Below, in pieces: positions 1-9,014 of a stretch of DNA of 64,000 nt; position 1 is the stretch's first letter; every line of letters begins with the position of its first letter. This stretch comes from Treponemataceae bacterium (GTDB taxonomy: Bacteria > Spirochaetota > Spirochaetia > Treponematales > Rectinemataceae). The notes below the pieces were generated by a model. The model made no database searches. It saw nothing but the letters and a program-made list of their open reading frames with translations, and was not told where the DNA came from. The stretch spans positions 352,001 through 416,000 of the forward strand of contig CAXXGJ010000006.1 of the NCBI GenBank assembly GCA_963677895.2, given 5' to 3'. The translations under genes were made by a program, and so were the position numbers.

Positions 1-696
1 GCCTTTGTCTTCGTTGTTGACGGCTTCCCGCTTTTTCATGATTTCCCGGCCGATGGGCTGGCCGGCTATCGTCAGGTCGCCCAGGCGTCCGTGGTTGGTG
101 AGCGCCATGACGCCCAGCGTGAATTCCCTGCCACCGAGGGTGAATATTCTCGAGGCCGAGCCGATCCCGCCCTTTAGGCCGTGGCAGATCATGCCCTTGC
201 CGGCGCCTACGTCGCCTTCCGGGAAATCCTCCCTGGCGTCGGCGACCGCCTTCTCCACATGTTCGGCGCGCACCACTCTGCGCTTTATGTCATTGAGGTT
301 GGAATCGTTGCACTCCATCACGATCGGATTCACGGAGCGCAGTTCCACGGCATCCTTTTCGCAGCGTTCGATCATGTAGCCGACGGCCGCGTCGTGGACG
401 AGTCCCACATTGAGGGTGTTGGTGAGGAAAATCGGAGTCTCGATGCAACCCAATTCCTCGATCTGAAGCAGACCTTGGCTTTTGCCGAATCCGTTCAGGA
501 TGAAGGCCGCGGCGGGAAGTTTGCGCGAGAAAGGATTCGCGGTCGATGGCGATATGAAGGTCACGCCGGTTTTATTTACGTCGGTATCGATCGTGCAATG
601 CCCCACGAGAACGTCCTTGACGTCGCTTATCTTGTTGAGCCTGCCCGTCTTCATCTCGCCGATTTCAATTCCGTAATCACGTATGCGCTTCTGCAT
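1..696 (-). CDS. DmpA-like P1/S58 family aminopeptidase (3' end runs off the window)
   Basis: Absent from the ORF track, so translated by hand from ATG at 696: MQKRIRDYGIEIGEMKTGRLNKISDVKDVLVGHCT...NGFGKSQGLLQIEELG...LTNTLNVG. It ends ...NNEDKG at the window edge, where the DmpA Gly-Ser cleavage site is expected. Confidence 0.85.
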   Translation of the reverse strand, partial: MQKRIRDYGIEIGEMKTGRLNKISDVKDVLVGHCTIDTDVNKTGVTFISPSTANPFSRKLPAAAFILNGFGKSQGLLQIEELGCIETPIFLTNTLNVGLVHDAAVGYMIERCEKDAVELRSVNPIVMECNDSNLNDIKRRVVRAEHVEKAVADAREDFPEGDVGAGKGMICHGLKGGIGSASRIFTLGGREFTLGVMALTNHGRLGDLTIAGQPIGREIMKKREAVNNEDKG

Positions 697-857
697 GGTT
701 TACCCCTGATCAGCTGTCGCGAAATATCATCTTTTGCATAATAGCCTCCGGCGATATTCGTGACCAGCTCGAGCTTGGCTTCGGGGCAGAAGGCAAGACG
801 TCGATTGCGGGTTTTGCGAGTAAAACAACGCGGAAAATTTCGAGATGAATATTTCTA

Positions 858-910
858 TTGACAAGTCGTAGAGTTAGGGTATTATTGTAGTTGTATTGGT
901 ATACCGGTAT
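858..910 (+). promoter_or_regulatory. sigma70-type promoter with FadR/GntR-type operator
   Basis: TTGACA (858-863), 16-nt spacer, TATTAT (880-885), then TTGGTATACCGGTAT (896-910). The same design recurs at 2078-2125. Confidence 0.75.
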
Positions 911-963
911 GCCAATACCGATGTCGTCTGAACATCCGAAGGTTATCGTTCTTGCGTCGAGGT

Positions 964-2055
964 ATGGTTGTGAAAATTGCAGTTCTGGGTGGCGGCGGCG
1001 GCGCTCATGCCATGGCGGCGGATTTGGCGCTGGCCGGTCATGAGATCAGGATGGCCGAGTTGCCTTCAATGGCCGAAAACATCGCCGCCGTGCAGGCATT
1101 GGGCGGCATACAGCTCACGGGAATGGCCCCGATGGGGGGCAGTCCCGGCTTCGCGCGTCTCGCGCTCATCACGGCGAATATTCCCGAGGCGGTCGAGAAC
1201 GCCGAACTTGTGATGGTTGTCGTTCCCGCCTATGGACACGAAGCATTCATGCGCGAGCTCATCGGCTGCGTCCGGAAAGACCAGGCGGTTATTTTTCATT
1301 CCAGCTATTTTTCCTCATTGATATTCGCGAAAATGCTCAAGGAGGCGGGGCGCGAGGGCGAGATCCTCTTCGGGGAAACCACGTCACTGCTGTACCTTGC
1401 CCATCTGAGAGGAGCGGGCAGGGTCTGGATCAAGGCGGGGAAGCGCCGGATGCCCTTCGCGGCCTTTCCCGCCAGTCGCACCGAAGAAGTTTTAAAGCGC
1501 GTCAACCTCGTCTATCCCCAGTTGGTGCCCGCCAAAAATGTGTTCGATACGAGCCTGAACGAAGCCGGCGTCCTCGTCCATCCGGTCACCACGCTGCTGA
1601 ACCTTAGCCGCATTGAGCGGAATGGTCCATACAAGAGTAATTACTATGATCTCACTCCCGGAATCGGAAAGGTTATGGATGTCGTCGACGGCGAAAGACA
1701 GGCGGTCCAGCGTGCGCTGGGACTTCCTCCCGTTTCCTTGCCTTCGATGATCCACGACTTTTTCAATGTTTCGGGCAAAAATTGCTATGAAGCGATCTAC
1801 AACTGCCCCAATTACAGCAAACAGACGACGCCGGACGGGCTTGAGCACCGCTATATAAGCGAGGATGTGCCGTTTGGCCTGGTTCCCACGACGGCCATCG
1901 GCGAGCAGATGGGATTGGATATGTCGACGACCCGGAGCATCGTCCAGTTGGCTTGTTCCGCGGCCGGAAAAGATTTCTGGAAGGAAGGCCGCTCGCTGGA
2001 AGCCATGGGCCTAAGCGGCATGGACTCCGCGCAGATGCTTCGCTATGTCAGCTGA
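964..2055 (+). CDS. NAD/NADP opine (octopine/nopaline) dehydrogenase family protein
   Basis: Rossmann motif KIAVLGGGGGAHAMAADL; LNEAGVLVHP and HRYISEDVPFGLVP are typical of the family. The start is ATG 964 or GTG 970. Confidence 0.85.
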   Translation: MVVKIAVLGGGGGAHAMAADLALAGHEIRMAELPSMAENIAAVQALGGIQLTGMAPMGGSPGFARLALITANIPEAVENAELVMVVVPAYGHEAFMRELIGCVRKDQAVIFHSSYFSSLIFAKMLKEAGREGEILFGETTSLLYLAHLRGAGRVWIKAGKRRMPFAAFPASRTEEVLKRVNLVYPQLVPAKNVFDTSLNEAGVLVHPVTTLLNLSRIERNGPYKSNYYDLTPGIGKVMDVVDGERQAVQRALGLPPVSLPSMIHDFFNVSGKNCYEAIYNCPNYSKQTTPDGLEHRYISEDVPFGLVPTTAIGEQMGLDMSTTRSIVQLACSAAGKDFWKEGRSLEAMGLSGMDSAQMLRYVS

Positions 2056-2077
2056 TTCAGAATTGTGAATATAAGCA

Positions 2078-2137
2078 TTGACAAATCCGAATAGTGGACT
2101 ATTATGGGATTTGGTATACCGGTATATCAGTATACCA
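2078..2137 (+). promoter_or_regulatory. sigma70-type promoter with FadR/GntR-type operator (probably autoregulatory)
   Basis: TTGACA (2078-2083), 16-nt spacer, TATTAT (2100-2105), then TTGGTATACCGGTAT (2111-2125) followed by GTATACCA. Confidence 0.75.
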
Positions 2138-2161
2138 AAAAATACATAAGCTGGAGGCTTC

Positions 2162-2923
2162 ATGCGAACGGATATGATCGAACCTCTTGACCGATCGACT
2201 TCTTCCGGCGGGAGCATGCTGTATACGCAGATCTTCCACCAGATTCGTCAGTGGATCAGGGAAGGCAAGCTCAAGGAAGGCGATATGCTTCCTTCCGAAC
2301 GCGATCTTGCGCAGTTATTCGACGTAAGCCGGGTTCCTGTTCGTGAAGCGCTGAAAATACTGGAATTCACCGGTGTCGCGGAACAGGTACGCGGCAAAGG
2401 CCTTTTCATCAAGAAGATCAGCATCAACAACCTGATAAGCAACATCGACTTCGTGTTGATGGACAGCGCGCACACCTTGCTGGATCTTTTCGAGGCGCGC
2501 GAAGGAATCGAGATACAGGCCGCGTCTCTTGCCGCGCAGCGATGGAATGAGGGCGATATGGCCATCATGGAAGAAGCCATAGCCTCCATGGAAAGGAAAC
2601 TCCGTACCGGAGAGGAGATCCTGGACACGTCGATGAGTTTCCATACGGCGGTCATCGCGGCTTCGCACAATAAAGCCATGTGGGAAATCAATCTTTACAT
2701 TTCAGACTGGCTGCATATCGCCAGGGAAGCCATCTACAAGCAGACGACGCTGCACGAGGAAGGCCTGCACGATCACCAGGAGATTCTCGACAGAATCAGG
2801 CATCACGACAGCGAGGGCGCCGCCCAGAAAATGAAAAACCACCTGATACGCTCCAAGAAAGTGATAGAAGAGGCTGTCGCCGCCGCGGCGCTATCGACCA
2901 ATACCAAAGCATCCAAGGAATAG
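2162..2923 (+). CDS. FadR/GntR family transcriptional regulator
   Basis: wHTH LPSERDLAQLFDVSRVPVREALKILE; FCD domain with FHTAVIAASHN. Confidence 0.92.
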   Translation: MRTDMIEPLDRSTSSGGSMLYTQIFHQIRQWIREGKLKEGDMLPSERDLAQLFDVSRVPVREALKILEFTGVAEQVRGKGLFIKKISINNLISNIDFVLMDSAHTLLDLFEAREGIEIQAASLAAQRWNEGDMAIMEEAIASMERKLRTGEEILDTSMSFHTAVIAASHNKAMWEINLYISDWLHIAREAIYKQTTLHEEGLHDHQEILDRIRHHDSEGAAQKMKNHLIRSKKVIEEAVAAAALSTNTKASKE

Positions 2924-2927
2924 CATC

Positions 2928-3920
2928 ATGCAGAAAATTGAACGAGTGAAGAAGGCCCTCCGGGGAGAGGCCGTCGACCGGATACCCTACAGTATCTGGA
3001 CGCATTTCCCGATCGTCGATCTGGATGCGGCCGGGCTCGCGAAGAGCACGATGGCTTTCTATCGCGAGTACGACCTCGATTTCGTGAAGAGCATGCCGAA
3101 CGGGATGTTCTCGATAGAAGACTACGACTGCGGATGCGATTTCAGCGAAGTGCCCAAGGGCGGAGTGGCCAAGGCCACGAAGCTGGCGGTGACGGAGCCT
3201 TCCGATTGGGAGAAGTTGAGCGATCTCGATATTGAAAGCGGCGCCCTCGGTAGGGAGCTGAAATCGCTCAACCTTATTCTGGACGAGATCCGTGGCGAAG
3301 CGCCGGTGATCGCCACGGTGTTCTCTCCTCTCACGACGGCGCTGAAACTTTCCGGGCCGAACCTGATGGCGCATATTCAGACGGATCCAGAAAAAGTGAA
3401 AACCGGATTGGATATCCTCACTTCGACCACCAGGCGCTTTGCCGAAAAGGCCATTGAAATGGGCTGCGCCGGCATCTTTCTCGCGAGCCAAATGGCGCAG
3501 CGCGACAGGATGAGCGAAGCGGAATACAGTGAATTCGGTCTTCCCTATGACCTTCGTGTGCTCGAAGCCGTCAAGGCGAAGTCCTGGTTCAATATCATGC
3601 ATATCCACGGCGATGACATACTGTTCGATCTCCTGAAGGACTATCCGGTGCAGGGCCTAAGCTGGCATGTCTGGGAGACGGACCCGACGGTCGGGGAATT
3701 CGTGACGGCGGACACGGGCAAATGCCTCGTGGGCGGGCTTCGGAGATTCAAGATCACCGAAGGCGAGCTTCCCGAAATCGCGAAGGATATCTCGGAAACG
3801 ATACGGCAGACCGGAGGCAGGCGGCTTTTCCTGGCGCCTGGCTGCGAAATACGCGCGCCCTACAATGCGGCCGCGTTCGAATTCATCAAGCGCGCTATCC
3901 ACGAAACGGCTTCGAAATAG
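2928..3920 (+). CDS. Uroporphyrinogen decarboxylase (UroD/MtaA-CmuA) superfamily protein, substrate unknown
   Basis: ERVKKALRGEAVDRIP N-terminus, TVFSPLT, NIMHIHG and LFLAPGCEI. The context is not heme synthesis. Confidence 0.8.
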   Translation: MQKIERVKKALRGEAVDRIPYSIWTHFPIVDLDAAGLAKSTMAFYREYDLDFVKSMPNGMFSIEDYDCGCDFSEVPKGGVAKATKLAVTEPSDWEKLSDLDIESGALGRELKSLNLILDEIRGEAPVIATVFSPLTTALKLSGPNLMAHIQTDPEKVKTGLDILTSTTRRFAEKAIEMGCAGIFLASQMAQRDRMSEAEYSEFGLPYDLRVLEAVKAKSWFNIMHIHGDDILFDLLKDYPVQGLSWHVWETDPTVGEFVTADTGKCLVGGLRRFKITEGELPEIAKDISETIRQTGGRRLFLAPGCEIRAPYNAAAFEFIKRAIHETASK

Positions 3921-3934
3921 AGGGAGGAGTTGAT

Positions 3935-4381
3935 ATGAAGAAAAAGCTGCAGGCAGGCGCCTGGGCAGGGATTGTTTTCCTGGCTATAGGCATTCTTTTC
4001 TTTGCCTACTCGCTGATATACCCATATTCTAGCGAGGTCGGACCCGGTTCCGGGTTCTTCCCGATATGGATTTCGGGCTTCCTGATCGTTCTGGCCCTGA
4101 TCTACATCTATGAAAGCGTCAAGGGGAACGACTCGGCGGAAGAAATAACCAAAGAGAGTTTCATGAAAGTTCTCATGATCATCATCTTCATGGTCCTCTT
4201 CGTGCTTTTCCTACCCGTCGCGGGCTTCAATATCAGCGGTACGGCATTCCTGTTCGCCATGTTCTTCAAGTCCTACGGGTTGGCGAAAAACCTGATAATT
4301 TCCATCGTCTCGACTTTGGCGATCTATTTCCTGTTCTTGTTGCTGGGCGTGCAGTTGCCACTGAACGCGCTCGGATTCTAG
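3935..4381 (+). CDS. tctB: TTT small membrane subunit TctB
   Basis: GGAG RBS, GPGSGFFP motif, hydrophobic helices, C-terminal LGVQLP; lies upstream of tctA. Confidence 0.85.
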   Translation: MKKKLQAGAWAGIVFLAIGILFFAYSLIYPYSSEVGPGSGFFPIWISGFLIVLALIYIYESVKGNDSAEEITKESFMKVLMIIIFMVLFVLFLPVAGFNISGTAFLFAMFFKSYGLAKNLIISIVSTLAIYFLFLLLGVQLPLNALGF

Positions 4382-4394
4382 GAGGCGGTACGAT

Positions 4395-5900
4395 ATGGAA
4401 GCACTACGTTTACTTATGCATGGATTCCAGACGGCGCTGACGCTGAACAATCTGCTGTTCTGCCTCATCGGCGTGACGGTCGGCCAGTTCATCGGCGTTC
4501 TTCCCGGCCTGGGTCCCGTCGCTGGCATGGCGATCCTGATTCCTCTGACCTATGGCCTGGAACCCACGACGGCCATCATCATGCTGTCGGGGATTTTCTA
4601 CGCGGCGATGTACGGCGGCACGATAACCTCGGTGCTGATCAACACGCCCGGGGAAAGCGCCTCCACCATCACCTGTCTTGACGGCTATCAGATGGCGCGC
4701 CAGGGACGAGCCGGCGCGGCGCTCGGCATCGCGGCCATCGGCTCCTTTGTCGGCGGCGTCGTCGCGCTGTTCTGCCTTACCTTCCTGGGGCCGCCTATAG
4801 CCAAGTTCGCCGTCCGCTTTGGACCGCCCGAATTCTTCGCCATAATGTCCTTCGGCCTGCTTCTTATCGTCGGCCTGATGGGCAAATCCATCGCCAAAGG
4901 AATGATAGCGGCGGTTTTCGGCATCCTCCTTTCGCTGATAGGCATGGATCCCGCGACGGGCACGGATCGTTTCACTTTTGGCCAGCTCTGGCTCCTGGAC
5001 GGCGTCGAATTCGTCGTCCTCGCCATGGGAATCTTCGGCATCTCGGAAATTCTGGTCAACGCCGAGAAGAACATGGATATCCCGGTTCCCCCGAAGGTGA
5101 AGGGCTTCATTCCCAAGAGAAGCGAGTGGGGAATTTCCACCAAGGCGATCGGGAGAGGCACGGTAATTGGCATGGTTCTCGGGCTGATTCCCGGGGCGAG
5201 CGCCTCCGTAGCCGCGCTCATGGCCTATTCGACCGAGAAAAAAGTGTCGAAGCATCCCGAAATGTTCGGCAAGGGCGCCATCGAAGGCGTCGCGGCTCCG
5301 GAAACGGCGAACAACGCCTTCGCGGGCGCCGCCATGATCCCCTTACTTACCCTGGGCATCCCGAGCTCCCCGACGGTTGCCATGCTCATCGGCGCCTTCA
5401 CGATGCATGGACTCGTGCCGGGGCCTCTCCTCTATGAGAAGAACCCAACCTTCCTTTGGGGACTCATCGCCTCAATGTTCATCGGCAACGTCGTGCTTCT
5501 CGTGATGAACCTCCCCATGGCCAACCTTTGGGCAAAAGTGGCGCGCATCCCTTACAAGCTGCTTGGGCCGCTCATCATTCTCATCTGCATGGTAGGCGTC
5601 TACAGCGTCAACAGGATGATTCCCGAGATCGCCCTCCTGACCTTGTTCGGAGCCGTCGGGTATTTCATGAAAAAACTGGAGATTCCAGGCGCCGCGGTGA
5701 TCCTGGCCTTCATTCTGGGGAACAATCTGGAATACACGCTCATACAGACGCTGAGCATGTCCGACAAAGGACTGCTATACCTGTTCCAGAGACCGATTTC
5801 CGGCGTGATGATGGGGCTTTGCATCCTCATCCTGATCGGCTCGATCGCCTCTTCGGTGATGAAAAAGAGGGACAAGCTGGCGACGGACCAGGAAGTCTGA
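4395..5900 (+). CDS. tctA: TTT large membrane subunit TctA
   Basis: GVLPGLG, INTPGE, AAPETANNA and LTLGIP motifs; 501 aa. Confidence 0.93.
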   Translation: MEALRLLMHGFQTALTLNNLLFCLIGVTVGQFIGVLPGLGPVAGMAILIPLTYGLEPTTAIIMLSGIFYAAMYGGTITSVLINTPGESASTITCLDGYQMARQGRAGAALGIAAIGSFVGGVVALFCLTFLGPPIAKFAVRFGPPEFFAIMSFGLLLIVGLMGKSIAKGMIAAVFGILLSLIGMDPATGTDRFTFGQLWLLDGVEFVVLAMGIFGISEILVNAEKNMDIPVPPKVKGFIPKRSEWGISTKAIGRGTVIGMVLGLIPGASASVAALMAYSTEKKVSKHPEMFGKGAIEGVAAPETANNAFAGAAMIPLLTLGIPSSPTVAMLIGAFTMHGLVPGPLLYEKNPTFLWGLIASMFIGNVVLLVMNLPMANLWAKVARIPYKLLGPLIILICMVGVYSVNRMIPEIALLTLFGAVGYFMKKLEIPGAAVILAFILGNNLEYTLIQTLSMSDKGLLYLFQRPISGVMMGLCILILIGSIASSVMKKRDKLATDQEV

Positions 5901-5970
5901 TCCGGAATTTGACTAGGTGACGAAACCCGTGCTCGTTGGAGCCGGGCTAGAGATATAAGGAGGGAAATCT

Positions 5971-6948
5971 ATGAACATGAGAAAAGGTTCGCGGATCGCG
6001 ATGGTGCTGGCGGCCTTGCTGGCGCTGACGGCGCTCCTGCCGCAGGCAGTTTTTGCCCAGGACTATCCGAAAAGACCGATCACGGCGATCGTGGCCTTCG
6101 GCGCCGGCGGCGGCACCGACCTCGCCGCGCGCATCATCCTGAAGTACGCCGAAAAATACATCGGCGGCATCTTCGTCGTCGAGAACAAACCCGGCGCCGG
6201 CGGCGCCCTCGGCTTTACCGCCATCGCCCAGGCCAAGCCCGACGGCTACACGATCGGCATGATCAACCCGCCGAGCGTTCTCTTCAACCCGATCCAGCTC
6301 GGCGATAAAGTAAAGTACAAGCTCTCCGACTTCGCCCTCATCGCCAACTTCGTAAGCGACCCGGGCGCCATCATGGTTTCGTACGACAGCAAGTTCAAGA
6401 CGCTGCAGGATGTCGTCGCTTGGGCGAAGGCGAATCCCGGCAAGCTCCGCATCGGTTACGGCGGCCCCGGAACCCAGGAAGCGCTCACGCTGAGAAAATG
6501 GATCGCGGACAACGATCTCAAAGTGCTCAAGGTTCCCTTCGAAGGCACCGGCACCAACCTGACCGCTCTTCTGGGCGGCAACACCGAAGTCATGTTCGCC
6601 AACGCTTCCGAAATCATGCCCCAGTATGAGGCGAAGCAGATCCGTGTCCTCGCGGTCGGCACCGAAAAGCGCTTCAGCTGGATGCCCGAAGTCCCCACCT
6701 TCAAGGAAGGCGGATTCAACGCCACCCAGATGGCGATGCGCGGCCTCGCGGCGCCCAAGGGCATCGACCCGGCGAACCTCAAGAAGCTCGCCGACGCGAT
6801 GAAGAAGACCTTCGATGATCCGGAATTCCAGGCCAAGGCCAAGGAAGTGAATCTTCCCCTCGATTATCAGGGCCCGGAGCAGTTCCTCAAGACGCTTCAG
6901 ACCCTCGATGTTTTCTATCGCGCCGAATACGCCGCGAATCCCTGGTAA
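5971..6948 (+). CDS. tctC: TTT substrate-binding protein TctC/Bug
   Basis: Signal peptide, YPKRPITAIVAFGAGGGTD, ENKPGAGG, KPDGYT. Confidence 0.93.
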   Translation: MNMRKGSRIAMVLAALLALTALLPQAVFAQDYPKRPITAIVAFGAGGGTDLAARIILKYAEKYIGGIFVVENKPGAGGALGFTAIAQAKPDGYTIGMINPPSVLFNPIQLGDKVKYKLSDFALIANFVSDPGAIMVSYDSKFKTLQDVVAWAKANPGKLRIGYGGPGTQEALTLRKWIADNDLKVLKVPFEGTGTNLTALLGGNTEVMFANASEIMPQYEAKQIRVLAVGTEKRFSWMPEVPTFKEGGFNATQMAMRGLAAPKGIDPANLKKLADAMKKTFDDPEFQAKAKEVNLPLDYQGPEQFLKTLQTLDVFYRAEYAANPW

Positions 6949-6959
6949 TTTGACCCTTG

Positions 6960-7001
6960 CCCGGGCCGTCATGGGAATTCTCCCGTGACGCCCGGGTTTT
7001 T
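6960..7001 (+). terminator. Intrinsic terminator after tctC
   Basis: CCCGGGCCGTCATGGGA-ATTC-TCCCGTGACGCCCGGG followed by TTTTT. Confidence 0.7.
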
Positions 7002-7028
7002 CGAAAAAGACTTAAAAGGAATCCACGA

Positions 7029-8318
7029 ATGACCGAAACCCGCCCGCTTTTTTACGATGCGTACCTCGCGATCCTGCGCGAGGAACTCGTGCCCGCGATG
7101 GGCTGCACCGAACCCATCGCCGTGGCCTTCGCGGCCGCGACCGCGCGAGATATCCTCGGCCTGCGTCCCGAGAGCGTCGAGATACGCTGCAGCGCCAATA
7201 TCGTCAAGAATGTCAAAGGCGTCACGGTTCCGAATACCGGCGGCATGCGCGGCATCAGGGCGGCGGCGACGGCGGGAATCGTGGGCGGTAACGCGCAGGC
7301 CAAACTCGAAGTGCTCAAATCGGTCACGAACGAAGATTTGGTCGAGGTGAAAAGGCTGCTGGCGGCCGGATTCTGCAAGGCCACGCTCGCCGAAGGTCTT
7401 GAAGGGCTCTATATCGAGGCGATCGCGCGCGCCGGCGGCCAGAGCGCGGAAGTCGTCATCAAGGACAGCCATACCGGGGTTTCGCGGATACGTAAGAATG
7501 GCGTCACGGTATTCGAAGCCGAAGGGAAGAAAGAGGGCGGCGATGCCGTAGCCGCGCGTCCCGGCTACGATCTCCTGAACGTGCGCGATATCCTTGTATT
7601 TGCCGATACCGTCGACCTCTCCGAGGTATCCAGCCTCCTCGAAGGGCAGATACGGATGAATGGGGCGATTTCAGACGAGGGAATGACCAACGACTACGGC
7701 GTTTCCGTAGGCAAGACCATCATCGCCAGGGAAGGCGGCAATGTCAGGTCGCGCGCGCGTGCCAGGGCCGCGGCGGGCAGCGACGCGCGGATGGGCGGCT
7801 GCGCCCTTCCCGTCGTCATCAATTCCGGCAGCGGAAACCAGGGCATCACCGTTTCGGTTCCCGTCATAGAGTACGCGAGCGAACTGAAGGCCGATCATGA
7901 AACGCTGCTGCGCGCCCTTATCGTATCGAACCTTGTCGCGCTCGAGCAGAAGGAATATATCGGTAAACTCTCGGCGTACTGCGGCGCCGTTTCGGCCGCG
8001 GTGGGCAGCGGAGCCGGCATAACCTACCTCTGCGGCGGCGGATACGACAAGATCGCCATGACCATAACGAACGCCATCGCCACGGCGGGCGGAATGTTCT
8101 GCGACGGCGCGAAGTCCTCCTGCGCGGCGAAGATAGCCACGGCCTTGGAAGCGGCCATCACCGCTCACGAAATGAGCCTGCAGGGGAAAAGCTTCTCCTC
8201 GGGCGAGGGCCTTGTCGGCGACGATGTCGAAAAGACCATCCGCAATATCGGAAGCGTCGGGAAGACGGGAATGCGCTCCACCGATATCGAGATAATCCGA
8301 ATCATGTTGGATGAGTGA
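7029..8318 (+). CDS. L-cysteine desulfidase / serine dehydratase alpha-like (YhaM/CyuA family)
   Basis: PAMGCTEPIAVA, GSDARMGG, NSGSGNQG, LSAYCG and GMFCDGAKSSCA motifs. Confidence 0.85.
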   Translation: MTETRPLFYDAYLAILREELVPAMGCTEPIAVAFAAATARDILGLRPESVEIRCSANIVKNVKGVTVPNTGGMRGIRAAATAGIVGGNAQAKLEVLKSVTNEDLVEVKRLLAAGFCKATLAEGLEGLYIEAIARAGGQSAEVVIKDSHTGVSRIRKNGVTVFEAEGKKEGGDAVAARPGYDLLNVRDILVFADTVDLSEVSSLLEGQIRMNGAISDEGMTNDYGVSVGKTIIAREGGNVRSRARARAAAGSDARMGGCALPVVINSGSGNQGITVSVPVIEYASELKADHETLLRALIVSNLVALEQKEYIGKLSAYCGAVSAAVGSGAGITYLCGGGYDKIAMTITNAIATAGGMFCDGAKSSCAAKIATALEAAITAHEMSLQGKSFSSGEGLVGDDVEKTIRNIGSVGKTGMRSTDIEIIRIMLDE

Positions 8319-8421
8319 GCCTGACGGAGTTCGCCATAGCCGCGCGGATTCCGGATCGACCTAAACACAAATCGATAAATCTCAAATAAAACACGATCGC
8401 AAAATAAAATAATCGTATCCC

Positions 8422-8450
8422 TTGAATGTATGACTATATAGTTGTATATT
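8422..8450 (+). promoter_or_regulatory. sigma70-like promoter with a very short leader
   Basis: TTGAAT, 17-nt spacer, TATATT, with A-rich DNA upstream. The ATG at 8463 has no Shine-Dalgarno. Confidence 0.5.
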
Positions 8451-8462
8451 CTTCTTAACGTT

Positions 8463-8909
8463 ATGACAAAGAAAATAGATTTATCGAAGCGCGAACGAGA
8501 AACGAAGCGCTCCACGATATACATCAACGAAAAGCTCGGGGCGCTTCTGTCGAAATACCTACGGAGGAAGAACGACACGAGCGGCAAGAACGAAGGGCAG
8601 AGCGCGACGATCACGCGCATCATGGACCGCTACGACATGTTCATGCGGATCGAGCGACGTACGATCCGCGATGTTTTTACCCGCGACGAATTCGGCGTCA
8701 TGCTCAAAAAGGCCTTTTACAAGACCTTCGATCCGGCCGAGGGCATTCTTGGCGCTGTCCTCGACGAGGCAATCAACGAAGCGGACAGCACCTTCCTCCT
8801 GCACAACGTGGATCGCGAAACGCTCATCGAAAAGCTCAATAAACTGACGCCGGGCCAGCAGCTTGCGCTGGTGGACTGGCTCGAGGAAATACGAGCCGAA
8901 ACTATCTGA
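8463..8909 (+). CDS. Hypothetical protein, possible ribbon-helix-helix-like DNA binder
   Basis: 148-aa ORF with host-like codon usage; N-terminal KRSTIYINEKLGALL has a strand-then-helix pattern. Confidence 0.6.
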   Translation: MTKKIDLSKRERETKRSTIYINEKLGALLSKYLRRKNDTSGKNEGQSATITRIMDRYDMFMRIERRTIRDVFTRDEFGVMLKKAFYKTFDPAEGILGAVLDEAINEADSTFLLHNVDRETLIEKLNKLTPGQQLALVDWLEEIRAETI

Positions 8910-9014
8910 TCCTCACCGCATAGATTCCAGCTCAGTGCATTGAGCTTATTCCATAGAAAGTATGGACATATACAGTTACATCACCGCAAAGCCTCTCTAT
9001 CAAGGAAAGAATCA

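Noticed and set aside
5..741. Plus-strand ORFs at the window start
   Set aside because: The real gene is the minus-strand DmpA-like CDS, which the ORF track missed because its stop lies outside the window.
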